Shown in pieces: positions 25,189-38,694 of a DNA stretch of 64,000 nt (positions are counted from its first letter, which is position 1; the number at the start of each line of letters is the position of its first letter). Position numbers and translations under genes: made by a program. The stretch is from Octopus vulgaris. Taxonomy: Eukaryota. The stretch is from the NCBI GenBank assembly GCA_951406725.2, contig OX597831.1, positions 61,504,001 through 61,568,000 on the forward strand. Reading direction: 5' to 3'. The notes under the pieces are model-generated. The model was not told the origin of the DNA. It searched no databases and saw only the letters and a list, made by a program, of their open reading frames with translations.

Positions 25189-25294
25189 TAAATGTTATCT
25201 GTATATTTTCTAGTGCATATGTATGTACATTCGTATATATGTGTGTATCTATGTATATGTGACAACTGATGAAGCAATTTTATACACAACTATT

Positions 25295-25742
25295 ACAGAG
25301 GTAAAGGAGATGCTTTAAATAGAGAGAAGTTATCAGAGAGGTATTGAATTGCTGGGCCAGACCAGAAAGCTTATGAAACGGAAACAACCTAGAGGAGATG
25401 CAGTTTGGTTTTGTGCTAGGAAGAAGTACTGATGGTGTTCTCTTTCTGGTAAGACAATAGCAGTATTTTAGTATTTAACTAAAAGTAAACACATGTAATC
25501 AGCTTTTGTTGACTTTGAGTGTGGCCATTGCCAGTACCGCCTGACTGGCCCTCGTGTCAGTGGCACATACAAAGCACCCACTACACTCTCAGAGTGGTTG
25601 GCGTTAGGAAGGGCATACAGCTGTAGAAACTCTGCCGGATCAGATTGGAGCTTGGTGCAGCCATCTGGTTTGCCAGTCCTCAATCAAATCGTCCAACCCA
25701 TGCTAGCATGGGAAGCGGACGTTAAACGATGATGATGATGAT
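25295..25742 (+). mobile_element. RTE RT fragment joined to an RTE 3'-end copy (25521-25742)
   Basis: KGDAL...EMQFGFVLGRSTDGVLFLVRQ...AFVDFE, then tail-family sequence ending in (GAT)n. Confidence 0.8.
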
Positions 25743-26654
25743 TAAATTGTCCCCAGGGCTTATTTTTTATAGCCTAGAACTGATTTTATCGGTCTCTTTT
25801 ACTACTGAACCAGTTGTCAAGCAGTGATGTGGAGGACAAACCCAGACATAAAGACACTCTTACATAGATATATACATAAAGACACTCACACATATATACA
25901 TAAATATATATATGATGGGCTTCTTCCAGTTTCCGTCTACCAAATCCACTCACAAGGTTTTGGTTGGCCCAAGTCAATGTCATGTGCTCAACATTACTAT
26001 CAGCCTCACCACCACATCTATTATTGTTGCTGTTAGTGATGGCACTGGTAGCAGTAGTAATAGCACTGCCAGTGTTGACCATATGAACATTGATTTTAAA
26101 AATGTAAAAACAATAGAAATCGATGCAAACAGGAAAGTTGTTTACAATATTCCAAAATATAGACAAGCAATTATTCCTTTAGGCGCAGTTAAAATGAAGA
26201 ATCCTTGACATCATACCCACCAAGCAGTGATGTCTAAGCTGCATACTAATCAGTCGAAATACAGTTAGGAATTAATTGGTGCACTCACCAAACCGTGACA
26301 TCTAAACCACATACTGATTGGTCAAAATGCAGTTCATAAGATTCAGACCACTGGAGCCTACCAGGGGGTATTTAAAGGATAAATCTAACCATTTCATTGC
26401 AGTAGCCAATTGTGGAACATGACTATCATTGCATAAACTTGATGATTACATACCGCATGAAAGTACTAGTTTATTTCGATATTGTTAACTTGTAAAAAAT
26501 TACAAAGAGCAAAATATGAAAATCAGACTTAGTTGGAATTTCATTAATTATTATATTCTTCTATACACAATCATACAAACTCCGTTAACTCTCTCCCTCT
26601 CCCTCCCCCTCTCTCTCTCTATATATATATATATTATATATATGTGTGTATATA

Positions 26655-26707
<53 letters not shown>

Positions 26708-26740
26708 GTATATATATATATATATTTATATATATATGTG

Positions 26741-26807
<67 letters not shown>

Positions 26808-27543
26808 GTATATATATATATATATGTATGTATGTATATTATCATTAACATGAATGGATCCAAGTAATCTGTAATTTGAAATAGTTGAATGGATTCTTAA
26901 TTGTGGAAGCCGATATTTTATAGCTTCATGATTTAATATCACCACCACCTATCACAACCACCACCACCACCACCACCACCACCACCAATCACCACCACCA
27001 CCACCACCAATCACCACTTTCACCACCACCACCACCGCCGCCACCACCAAGCACAACAACTACATCATAAACAATAACAATTTATCAACATATTTATATG
27101 CTTGATATGCTACAATTATAACTAAAAGAAAGATATATGCGATATTGAAAATGTTATTTAGTCACTCACCTTGAGTTTGGTCATGGTTTACGGTTATGAA
27201 AGTTTAAACAAATTAAAAACTGACAAAAATTGTTCTTGCTAAAAACATGCTTATTTATTACCATATTTTCTTCTTTAAGATACTATACCCCAAATGCCTT
27301 TTACCATACTATTGCAAGAATCTCTGGCCTCTGTTGGCTTTTAGAGGTCCTTAATTTTATGTTGTGTGTCTCTGACATTAATATAGTTAAGCAGTCTTTG
27401 TCTTCTATTAGGATGCAGAAGTCCAAAAATATAACATTTTATTGGTACAGATGTGGCTGTGTGGTAAGAAGTTTGCTTTCCGTTCACTTGGTCTTGGGTT
27501 CAGTCCCACTGTGTGACACCATGGGCAAATGTTTCCTACTATA

Positions 27544-27963
27544 CTTATTTACTTGTACTTGTGGCGACATTCACCCTGGGTCGGCTTCTTCTAGCACCCT
27601 CGAGGCTTCTCGAACCATGGCAGCCCACACACAACGGTCCTGCGCCAGTTCACTGGAGATAGCGAGCCAGTCACGGTTCCATTAACACAGGCTGACCACC
27701 TGCGGTCCCGTGAGCACGGAGAGGTCCTCCTTGATCATCGTAACCCAGGGCTTCAGCAACCGTCGGGTGGATCGAGTTCTCACCGCCAATCTCCGACTTT
27801 GCCTGTCTCTGCGGCCCCTTCCATCTGTCCTTCTGCAATGGCGCTTGCGGTGGTTTGGCCATGCATGTAGGTGTCCGGTGGCTGAACTGAGCCGTGATGT
27901 CCTTCTCCCAAATTCCACTTCCCAACTGGCGGAAATGCGCGGGTGGGCAGCTGAAGACCTGGG
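27544..27963 (-). mobile_element. RTE LINE insertion with 5' inversion, nested in a family-B SINE (27447-28345)
   Basis: Minus segment PWVTMIKEDL...LAQDR plus CAAGTA tail; plus segment RLRWFGHACR...GGQLKTWV; TSD T(C/T)CTACTATA. Confidence 0.8.
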
Positions 27964-28624
27964 TTTTCTACTATAGTCCTGGGATGACCAAAGTTTTGTG
28001 AGTGGATTTGGCTGACAGTCATTGAAAGAAGTCCATCATGTGTGTGTGTGTGTGTGCGTGTGCGTGCATACATGCATATGTATGCTTGCATATGTGTGTA
28101 TGTGCACACACATGTGTGTGTGTGCTTTAGTGTTTCCTTTCCTTGATTGCATGCAGTAGTAGTAGTAAGAAGATTTCCAATCTTCTTTGAAAACATGTCA
28201 GCTATAGGAAAATATTACCTTACTTGGAGCAGGTAAGAATTGGTGCCAAGAAGGGCATGCAGTTGTAGAAAATCCACTTTAATAAATTCTGTCCAGTTTA
28301 TTTGAATATACACAAGTGGACATTAAAACAAAACGATGATGATGTTGATTAATAAAGCGTATATACCTTTTGACTCCCTCATCTGAATGACAATCACAGT
28401 GTGAAATTTACAAATCAAAGCTCGACCTTATATAAGATGAGCAAACCGCGCCCTGTCCAATGGACGGTGCTGAGTTGTCAAACATTTAAACCAAATTTTC
28501 TCAAAACAACTTGTCCAACCATTCCATAGGCCTCCCCTTTGAGAAACACTGATTTAACCTAAATTTGAGACACCTACAAAAGACGGATTTCGACTGATGC
28601 ACTTGCACATACAAATGCACATTC

Positions 28625-28670
28625 ACACGGCTATATACATACATACACACACACACATATATATATATAT

Positions 28671-28750
<80 letters not shown>

Positions 28751-28805
28751 TATATACATACATGCATATATATACATATATATGTAAATATATATACATA
28801 CATGC

Positions 28806-28850
<45 letters not shown>

Positions 28851-29023
28851 CACATATATATATACGACGGGCTTCTTTCAGTTTCCATCTACCAAATCCA
28901 CTCACAAGGCTTTGGTCGGCCCAAGGCTATAGTAGAAGACACTTGCTCAAGGTGCCATGCAGAGGGACTGAACCCGGAACCATGTGGTTGGTAAGCAAGC
29001 TACTTACCACACAGCCACTCCTA
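28625..29023 (-). mobile_element. Family-B SINE 5' half running into a long (TA)n expansion
   Basis: Head at 28858-29023; microsatellite 28630-28863. Confidence 0.85.
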
Positions 29024-29304
29024 TGACTATTAGTACATTCAAACTTCGTTTTTGTTACCTGGACATCAATCTTTTGAAACTGACCTATTTTCCATTATAT
29101 TTCAGACAGATCCAGCAGAAATATCATTATAACAAATATTCTGCTCAATACCACAGATTTGCTTGTCAATTGCTTGATGTTAAGCACTTGAGCATGTCCC
29201 TTAGCAGAAGACAATATGTGCATCTCTGATGATGAACAGGAGTAGTGGCATCATAGCCATGTGTTGAGAGAGATTCTTTGGGGTTTAAATAAATATGATG
29301 CTAG

Positions 29305-29699
29305 TAGGGTGCCAAGAGCACCATCCGAGCGTGATCATTGCCAGAGCAGCCAACTGGCTTCTGTGCCGGTGGCACATAAAAGGGCACCATTCAAGCATGA
29401 TCGTTACCAATGTCGCCTTACTGGCACCGGTGCTGGTGGCATGTGTAAAAAGATTCGAGCAAGGTTGTTGCCAGTACCGCCTGACTGGCCCCTGTGCCAG
29501 TGGCATATAAAAAGCACCCACTACACCCTTGGAGTGTTTGGCATTAGGAAGGGCATCCAGCCGTAGAAACTCTGCCAAATCAACATTGGAGCCTGGTGCA
29601 GCCATCTGGTTCGCCAGCCCTCGGTCAAAATCGTCCAACCCATGCTAGCGGGGAAAGCGGACATTAAACAATGATGATGATGATGATGATGATGATGAT
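29305..29699 (+). mobile_element. RTE 3'-end (tail family) copy
   Basis: Matches 24697-25188; long (GAT)n tail. Confidence 0.88.
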
Positions 29700-29889
29700 A
29701 AAAGCAAAGTTTGAAGGAAATACCCATTTTCCATATTTTCTAGGGGTAAGCAAATAGGCAATAACAGTTGCAACCCAAAGACAAAAATCATGTTAGACTG
29801 TAGTCATTATCCCCATCACCATCGCCACAGCCACTGCCACCACCATCAACATCCTCCTCATCATCATCACTGCTGCCACCATCAGCTTC

Positions 29890-30459
29890 TTATTTCTTTA
29901 TTGCCTGTAAGGGGATAAACATAGAAGGGACAAACGAGGTCAGACAATGGGATTAAGTCGATTACATCGACCCAAGTGCGTAACTGGTACTAAATTTATT
30001 GACCCCCAAAAGGATGAAAAGCAAAGTTGACCTCGACGGAATTTGAACTCTGAACGTAGCAGCAGACGAAATACCTATTTCTTTACTACCCACAAGGGGC
30101 TAAACACAGAGCGGACAAACAAGGACAGACAAACGGATTAAGTCGATAATATCAACCCCGAGGGGATGAAAGGCAAAGTCGACCTAAGTGGAATTTGAAC
30201 TCACAATGTAGCGGCAGACGAAATACCTATTTCTTCATTGCCCACAAGGGGCTAAACATAGAGGGGACAAACAAGGACAGGCATAGGTATAAGTCGATTA
30301 CATCGACCCCAGTGCGTAACTGGCACTTTATTTATCGACCCCAAAAGGATGAAAGGCAAAGTCCACCTCGGCGGAATTTGAACTCACAACGTAACGGCAG
30401 ACGAAATGCCGCTAAGCATTTCGCCCGGCATGCTAACGTTTCTGCCAGCTCACCATCTT
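29890..30459 (-). mobile_element. Family-A SINE with three body units
   Basis: One head plus three B-box/body units. Confidence 0.88.
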
Positions 30460-31618
30460 TGCAACCACCAGCTTCACCACCATCATCATCACTTTTCATT
30501 TGTTTTCACCTGCTTGGATAAATTTCGCAATCTTTTCCTGATTATTTCAATTTTTCATCCTCAGACACTCAAAGTAATATAGACACCACCAACAATTATC
30601 GTTGCTGTGTTGATCATAATTTGTGTTTTTGTCTAGGTGGGGTGGGTTAGGATTGTTTTTACACCTGGATGCCTTCTCTATCGCTGACCTCATATAAAAA
30701 CATCTATCATAATAATTAGCTCTATTGCAGTATTCATTAATATTAGAGTGGTGAGTCGCTAAAAACAATAGCATACTACCTTCCTCTCTCTCTTTCTCTC
30801 CTGCAGTAACTCAGTCTGCTTAGCTGTTTCTTTTTCATGTTTTAATTGTTGTCAATCAACTCTAGTGGTATTCTAGAGTTAGCTCAATAAATACACCATT
30901 TCCTTTACAAATTGTGACCTCTGTCTGCTTAAAAGAAATCATTTCCTCCTTCGCCATAAAACTCTCCCTTCCATCATCATTTTTGTTGTCGTAATCATCA
31001 TCATCACCATCATCATAATCCTTATCTTCATAAACCTTTTCAACATTGGTTTATATATACTGTCCCTGCTGACATGGGTTGCATGAATCATCACAGTATT
31101 AATTCGGTGTTTACTGCCCTCTGAAAAAGAACCTGTTTAAATCAAGATAATTAAATATTGTGAAATTAAAAATTGCTATTTCACTTTAAATGAAATAAAC
31201 AAGCTTATGAATGAGCCTCTACGTGGTTACTCATCATCCTTGAAATAGCAGACAAATCTGCATTAAATACCACTCTGTCATCTTATAAAAGGAAAAGGAT
31301 CATTAGATCCTTATACATTATTATCATCAACTGCATCATCATCTTCATCATTGATTTAACATTCACTATTCCATATTTGCATAGGTCACATGACATTAGT
31401 TGGGATGAATTTTCTACTGCTGGATCCCTTTCCTGTTGCCAACCCTCACTTATTTCTGAGCAAATTATTGCTCCCTTTTTACATGACATGCTTACACAGA
31501 ATACTGGAAATGAACAATCCCTCATGTATGACAGTGACACTCCTTTACAGCTGTCATGCAATGGCAAAACAAGGTTACACAAACACACACCCAAGCACAC
31601 ACACATACACACTTTCTT

Positions 31619-31665
<47 letters not shown>

Positions 31666-33085
31666 TGCCCAGGGCCCATGCAGTGGGACTGAACTCAAAG
31701 CCATATTGTTGGGAAGCAAATATCTAAACCATATAGGTATGCTTCTACTTAAATTATATCTGAAAAAATAAAGAGAAGAATGAGAAGAATGATCATTGCT
31801 AGAATACCTGTAATCACAGGTCTGTTGCACCTATGAACAGAGCTGACCTGGGGCTAAACAAAATGACAACAACAAGTGTAACATAGAAATACTTTTAATA
31901 GTGAACATCTCTACAAACAGTGAGAGCAAATATTTCTTGTGATCTTCAAATAAAATATCTCCTTTCAAATACTTAATGGATATTGGTTTTGTAAACAGTA
32001 GGATTCCAATGAAACTAGTGATGGATATTGGTTTCATTAATCCTGTTTACGGACAAAGTCTATAGACACACACTTTTATGAGAAATCTAATCTCACCGAT
32101 TGAGAAAATGTAATCATGACAGAAATTTTTGGAGTTGTTGTTTAACCCCAGGTCAGCCCTAATCAAGCAAATATATAAGCAAAGGTATTCCATGCATGGC
32201 TACCACTTACTTTTTTTTTTAATATCTGGCACTACAGTTTTCAATATATTCTTTTTTTAAGTTGACAGTGTGTGATTTGATAGATGTTTGGCATTTATTT
32301 CTAGCAATATCATGAAATCAGTCTTCCTCTCAGGTGAGTTATTCCTAGTGAATAAATGTTTCAATATCCTTTACCAAAAAGGATCTTAGATCATTTATTT
32401 GTGGTCCCATGCTGTAGTTTTATAGCATGTGTATGATTCATAATGAAACTAAAAAGTAGGCAAGTGTTAGTGTTGATATCTAGAACTTCAAATGACCTTT
32501 CAACAACCTGTTGTACATTGCTAGTTTTGAGCTTGTGAATCTGTTTATCGAAATGGTAGGATGCCTTCCCAGCACCACAAACTAATAAGGCTCATCTTAA
32601 TCAAGGGCAGTGGGTTGACAGATTCATATAGAGCAGAAGATAAACTCCATTACTATATTTTCTTATGGCCTTTTATGTTCGGAATTGAAATATAGCCAAA
32701 GCAATTTTGCCATAATCAATGAAATAAAGTACTAATCAACTACAGGTATTGATATAATCAGCTGTTCCCCTTCCAAAAATTTCAAACTTTGTGTTTATTT
32801 TAGAAGCAGTTAATTAAGCAAAACCTTAGTGGTAATTAAAACAGTGAATTTCACTTCTTCGTTTCACTTGTTTACAATTAGGTACACTGTGCAAATGAGG
32901 GTTCATTATCTTAGTTATGAATACTGAACCGTGTGGGCAATAGAATAATACTTGTTCAAAGAACCAGCAATGTTTTGACTCAACCATAGTTTTACCATAT
33001 AAAATTAATTCAATGACAAACAGTACCAAAATGTCGTAAGTATCTAAATCACACAGAATCTAAAATCTATCACTAGTATCATATA

Positions 33086-33858
33086 GGTACAGGAGTGGCT
33101 GTGTGGTAAGTAGCTAGCTTACCAACCATATGGTTCCAGGTTCAGTTCCTCTGCGTGGCATCTTGGGCAAGTGTCTTCTACTATAACCTCGGGCTGACCA
33201 AAGCCTTGTGAGTGGATTTGGTAGACGGAAACTGAAAGAAGCCCGTCATATATATGTATATATATATAAATTTAAAATGAGGGTGAGAAATTAGATATTA
33301 ATTTAATTAACATCTATTTCACACCAGTGGTCTAGCATATAAAAAAAAACTGAAGGTTCAGTAAAATTGTATTATGTACATATTAGAGGGAAACAACTAT
33401 GTGGACACCCTTATGCTAGAAATAGATCCGCTATGGTCTTACGACTAAGAAATGTTCTCAAGAAAAATTTAGCTAAACAACCAAACCGTACATTTGAGAA
33501 CATTTCTTAGTGGTAAGACCATACCAGATCTATTTCTAGCACAAGGGTGTCCAAATAGTGGTTTCCCTCTAATATGTATATATATATATATATATGTATA
33601 TATAAATATATATATATATATATATGTATATATGCATGTATGTGTGTATATGTTTGTGTGTCTGTGTTTGTCCCCCCAACATCACTTGACAACCGATGCT
33701 GGTGTGTTTACATCCCTGTAACTTAGTGGTTTGGCAAAAGAGACCGATAGAATAAGTACTTAGGCTTACAAAGAATAAGTCCTGGGGTCGATTTGCTCGA
33801 CTAAAGGCGGTGCTCCAGCATGGCCACAGTCAAGTGACTGAACCAAGTAAGAGAGTAT
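33086..33858 (+). mobile_element. Family-B SINE with a hairpin element inserted in its TA tract
   Basis: Head 33086-33250, tail 33640-33858; insert 33270-33578. Confidence 0.88.
33377..33578. repeat. Inverted repeat, 85-bp arms with 6 mismatches, 32-nt loop
   Basis: 33377-33461 versus 33494-33578. Confidence 0.92.
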
Positions 33859-34174
33859 CATGTATACATTGCCAGCCGTACGTCTTAAATTTTCATTAAA
33901 TTTGTTAATAAATACTAAAAATTTTGTATTCATATAATTGTAGAAACTTATTTTACATGTGCTTCATTTATGTTGACTTATCTCTACTAGATTATTATAG
34001 ATATAAAATTAGTCAGAGGAGAAAGAACAATGACCGTGAATTTCACAGGGATTCCCTGACTAAGGAGGTGATGCTGTTTAAACTTCAGTCAGCTCTGATT
34101 TAGAAGACAAGTGGTAACAGATATGGGAGTCATCAGCATAGCTGCATTTTTGTATATCATGTACTACATTGTTC

Positions 34175-34599
34175 GGATCCTTTCGGTTTGAACGGCAGTT
34201 TTTAACATAATTTCTAGGTAACTAAAAAATTTTAAACTTCGTATACTGGTAGAATGTGTTTATAAAACATCTTTTTCTCTTTGCTTTATTGAGAAAATTC
34301 TATAGTTTGTAAGATATTTGTTGATTTTTTTCTGTAATTTCAACCAATCAATGATGTCTATTGAGGTAAAAAAAACATTCTGTGTCGTATGAATATGTCC
34401 CTCGTTTAAGAAACAGATTGGGTTTATTTACATTTGTGAAGAAAAAAAGATACCCTTCCCCCCACCCCTAACCAACCCTAACTAATCCTAACCCTAAAAC
34501 AGATTGAAATACAATAGATTGATTCTAGGGTCATAATTATGGGTGACAATTTCATATGACACTGCTAGAAAAAACCTGGCGGTCAAACTGAAAAGATCC
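34175..34599 (-). mobile_element. Merlin-like MITE with CCCTAA tract
   Basis: Reverse-oriented copy; TSD CATTGTTC/CATTGTTT. Confidence 0.9.
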
Positions 34600-34899
34600 C
34601 ATTGTTTAATGTATCAGAGTGTTTTTAAAAAGTAAATTGATATGATTTCAAACAGATTTTACTACAATTTCTAGCAAGTAGAAAAACCACATTGAAGTTC
34701 TTTCATTTGTTTCTTGCTTTTTTTTTTTTTACACTAAATCTACCACAGCCATTATCTTGAATCAAGCATGACTGAGTAGTATGTGCCATGTTTTCACTAA
34801 TTGTCTTAGGTACCCACAAACTCATGAGTATACATACAAGGGTTGGATGAAAAGCTCATAGGCTGAGCAAGATGCTCGCATGGAATTTGAAGCCCAGCA

Positions 34900-36610
34900 A
34901 AATTCAGCTTCCAACTCAGCAAGACTGCCAATGTTTCCAATCTGAGACAGATTGTTGTATTTGGGCAATGATGCGATAAAGGAAGATTATTCTTATTTTG
35001 TAAGTCTCTTACAACAACAACCAAAGCAGCCAATCTGAAGAAACTCGTGGATGACTTCTTCAGTAACAACGGGCTTTCATGGAATATGGTTTCTGCAGTT
35101 TGTTCGGATGGAGCTCCAGCCATGCTGGGACAATACTCTGGTTTTGGAGCACTGGTGAAATCCAATGCACTGTACATCATTGTTATGCAATGTGTTCTGC
35201 ACAGGCATGCGTTGGTAACAAAAACCATGCCTCCAAAACTGGCAAAAGTATTAAAAATTGTAGCTGAATGTGTGAACTACGTGCAAAATTGCGCTATGAA
35301 GAGCTGTGTAATGAAATGGGCTCTGAATTCGAGGTACTTTTGTACCACTCTAAGGTTTGGTGGTTATCCTGGAGAAAGGTGGTGAATTGCGTTTTTGCCA
35401 TGTATATGGAATTAGGCCTGTTTTTGTGAGCATACCAACATTGTCATGCTGATTGCTTTGAGAATTCTGAGTTCATTCTCATTTGGCATGCATAGCCAAT
35501 ATTTTCGATGCTCTCAATCATCTTAGTTGACAGATGCAGGGTAGTGGAGTTAACATCATTGAAGCAAAAGAAAATCTGAAGGCATTTAAAATAAAAGCTA
35601 CTTTTATGAAAGCGACGAACAGAGAATGTTAACTTCGCAAACTTTCCCTTACTGGATGACTATGTATGTAAGGTCAAAGACATGTCTGGAAATGGAAACA
35701 TTTCTGTATCTGGACAGCTGAAACAAGCAATTGCCATGCACTTAGATGAGCTCGCAAAGTCTCTCAACGGATACTTCCCCCACCAGTGAGTCATATCCAG
35801 CATAGGTGAGACAGCTGTTCACATTTAGTGTTGCGACAGCAGATGTCAACGATGAATATTTTGATGAAATCATTGAACTTCAGCAGAGCCAGCTTCAACA
35901 GCAATTCTTCAGAACAACAATGCTCTCTAAATGTTTTGGTGTCATCAAATCATATTCTTTCGGTCTCTTTTGCTGAACCGCTAAGTTACAGGGATGTAAA
36001 CACACCAGCATCGGTTGTCAAGCGATTCTTGGGGGGAATGAAGACAGACACACAAACATACACACACACACACATATGTACATATATACGACGAGCTTCT
36101 TTCAGTTTCCATTTACCAAATCCACTCACAAGGCTTTGGTCGATCTGAGGTTACAGTAGAAGACACTTGCCCTCTTATTGTTAAGAAAGCTCTTGAGACA
36201 CTCACACCATTTGTTACAATGTATCTTTATGAGCAATCCTTTTTTGAGGACGGTACACATGAAAACTAAGAAAAGGAACTGACATTGTTGTAAAAATGAT
36301 ATGAGAGGGGCACTTGCCAAGGTGAAGCCATGCATTTCTGAACTTGTGTCTGAAAGCAACAGTAAAAGTCACATTTGCAGTAAATATTCATTGAGTTATG
36401 TTTTTGTGTGAAATTCATCTTTCGTTGGTTTTGTTCTTTGAACAGAGTGACTTCATATGCAAATGATGTATGATTCATTTTGTGCACTAATAAAATATAT
36501 ACTTGTGCTTTGAAGAAGTCATATTTTATTTTTCCAATTACAAAGGGTTCGGTTAATGCACTGATGAAGCTTGCAGGGTTCAGTACCCCCAATAAAATTA
36601 AGAACCACTG
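34900..36610 (+). pseudogene. Decayed hAT Buster/Charlie (ZBED5/SCAND3-like) transposase with 3' TIR; interrupted by a family-B SINE fragment (35955-36172)
   Basis: LFCKSL.TTTKA...VDDFF...LSW...VCSDGAPAMLG...CVLHRHAL; terminus AAGAACCACTG; frameshifts and stops. Confidence 0.88.
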
Positions 36611-36972
36611 CTCTAAGCAATAATAGGATCAAAGATGCTTTAAGTTCAGTCTGAACATCAATAACAGAACTTTTACTGCAAATGTGTTAGTGGGAATGAA
36701 TCGAAATAGTGGCAGGGCATGTGAGGAAGAAGCAGAAAAAATGTTTCTTACAGGGCACAGGCTACCAAACACAATACATCTGATAGGAAAGGGAGTGATT
36801 CATTTTGTATTGATGGAAAGATTTTCTCTATAAAAATGTCTAACTTCATGAAATGTTGAATTTAGATTAATTTATTTGTCCCAAGTTATGTCATTGCTGA
36901 TGATTCCCAAGCCACTATACTTGGTTACTAATGAGTAGAAATTTTAAGAACTTTATAAATGTATAAATGTAT

Positions 36973-37399
36973 ACTCTTACACTTTTACTTATTTCAGTCA
37001 TGTGACTGTGGTCATGCTGGAGCACCACCTTTAGTCAAGCAAATCAATGCCAGGAGTTATTCTTTGTAAGCTTAGTACTTATTCTATTGGTCTCTTTAGC
37101 TGAACCACTAAGTTACGGGGATGTAAACACACCAGCATCGGTTGTCAAGCGATTTTGTGGGGAACAAAGACAGACACACAAACATATACACACAAACATA
37201 TACACACATACACATATATATGTACATATATACGACAGGCTTCTTTCAGTTTCCGTTTTCCAAATCTACTCACAAGGTTTGGTCGGCCCGAAGCTATAGT
37301 AGAAGACACTTGCCCAAGGTGCCATGCAGTGGGACTGAATCCAGAACCATGTGTTTTCGTAAGCAAGCTACTTACCACACAGCCACTCCTATGCCTATG
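36973..37399 (-). mobile_element. Family-B SINE
   Basis: Full length, reverse orientation. Confidence 0.9.
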
Positions 37400-37769
37400 T
37401 AGAGTAAAAACATATTGTGTATATTCTGCACAGCCACAATTTCTTTACTCATTGATATGAATTCCAAACTTTCAAGTTCACTCCATCTTAACTTATTCCA
37501 GAAGAGATTTTCTGCCCTATAACAGTTGAGCACCCAGTGCATCCCACCAAATATACATATAACTATTTCTGAAAAACAGAGGTTATATTACCTGTAGAAG
37601 AAGCAATGTGAGGCAACTTGCAAATGTAATTTTGTGGTTGTAGCATATTGTGAAAGAGTCATTGTCAATCAGCTGAACATATCTGCTTTTCTATATATCT
37701 CTCCATCAGTCATTGGTTGGCAGAATCTAAAGGTTTTAGATTTTTGTTATGCTTTCATTTTTCCCTATT

Positions 37770-38571
37770 TCAATGTCAGTGTGCAACAGAGCATTGGTGT
37801 ATTGAGAGATAAGTTGGGCATAAGAAGAATGATATGCAGTGTGCAAGAGAGGATACTGTGCTGGTTTGGCCATGTGATGTGGATGGACAAGGCAGCAAGC
37901 TGGCAGAAACATTAGCATGCCGGACGAAATGCTTAGCGGTATTCCGTCTGCCGCTATGTTCTGAGTTCAAATTCCACTGAGATCAACTTTGCCTTTCATC
38001 ATTTTGGGGTTGATTAAATAAGTACCAGTTATGCACTGAGGTCGATATAATCGACTTAATCCGTTTTTCTGTCCTTTTTGTCCTCTCTGTGTTTAGCCCC
38101 TTGTGGTTAATAAAGAAATAGGATAAGGACAATTGCATGAAGAAGTACTGATCACTTAAAGTGGAGAGGAGTGGTGGAAGATGGAGATGCAGGAAGACAT
38201 GAGATGATGTATTGAAGGCTGAGTTCAAAATGCTGAACCTTATGAAGGAGATGACAGATGACCAAGATATGTGGTGCATTGCTGTACTCAAGAAAACCTG
38301 TCCGCCATAACAGAATTGAGATCCTAGAGCCAAGGTGTCATGTAAAAAGTGGTGTGGGTGCTGGTGCCATATAAAAAGTGTTGTGATGGTGCCATATAAT
38401 AGGCAGCCAGTTTGTGGAATGGTTGACATTGGGAAGGGCATCTAGCTGTAAAAACCAAATCAAAACAGACTATGGAATCTGGTGCAGCCCTTAGACTTGC
38501 AAGTTTCTTTAGAGCCATCCAACCCATGCCTGCATGGAAAATGGATGTTAAATGTTGATGATGATGATGAC
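37770..38571 (+). mobile_element. RTE LINE 3' part (ORF end plus tail) with nested family-A SINE (37889-38120)
   Basis: LRDKLGIRR..VQERILCWFGHVMWMD is interrupted by the SINE, resumes, and ends in the tail family with (GAT)n. Confidence 0.82.
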
Positions 38572-38694
38572 AATATTAAGGAGATTTTTTATCTGCTTGT
38601 AATAACTTGAGGGCTTCTAGTGTATATGATTATATATCAGCCTGTTCCCCTTACCAACAGCAGCAGTATCTACGGCATACTGTTTTAATTAATA

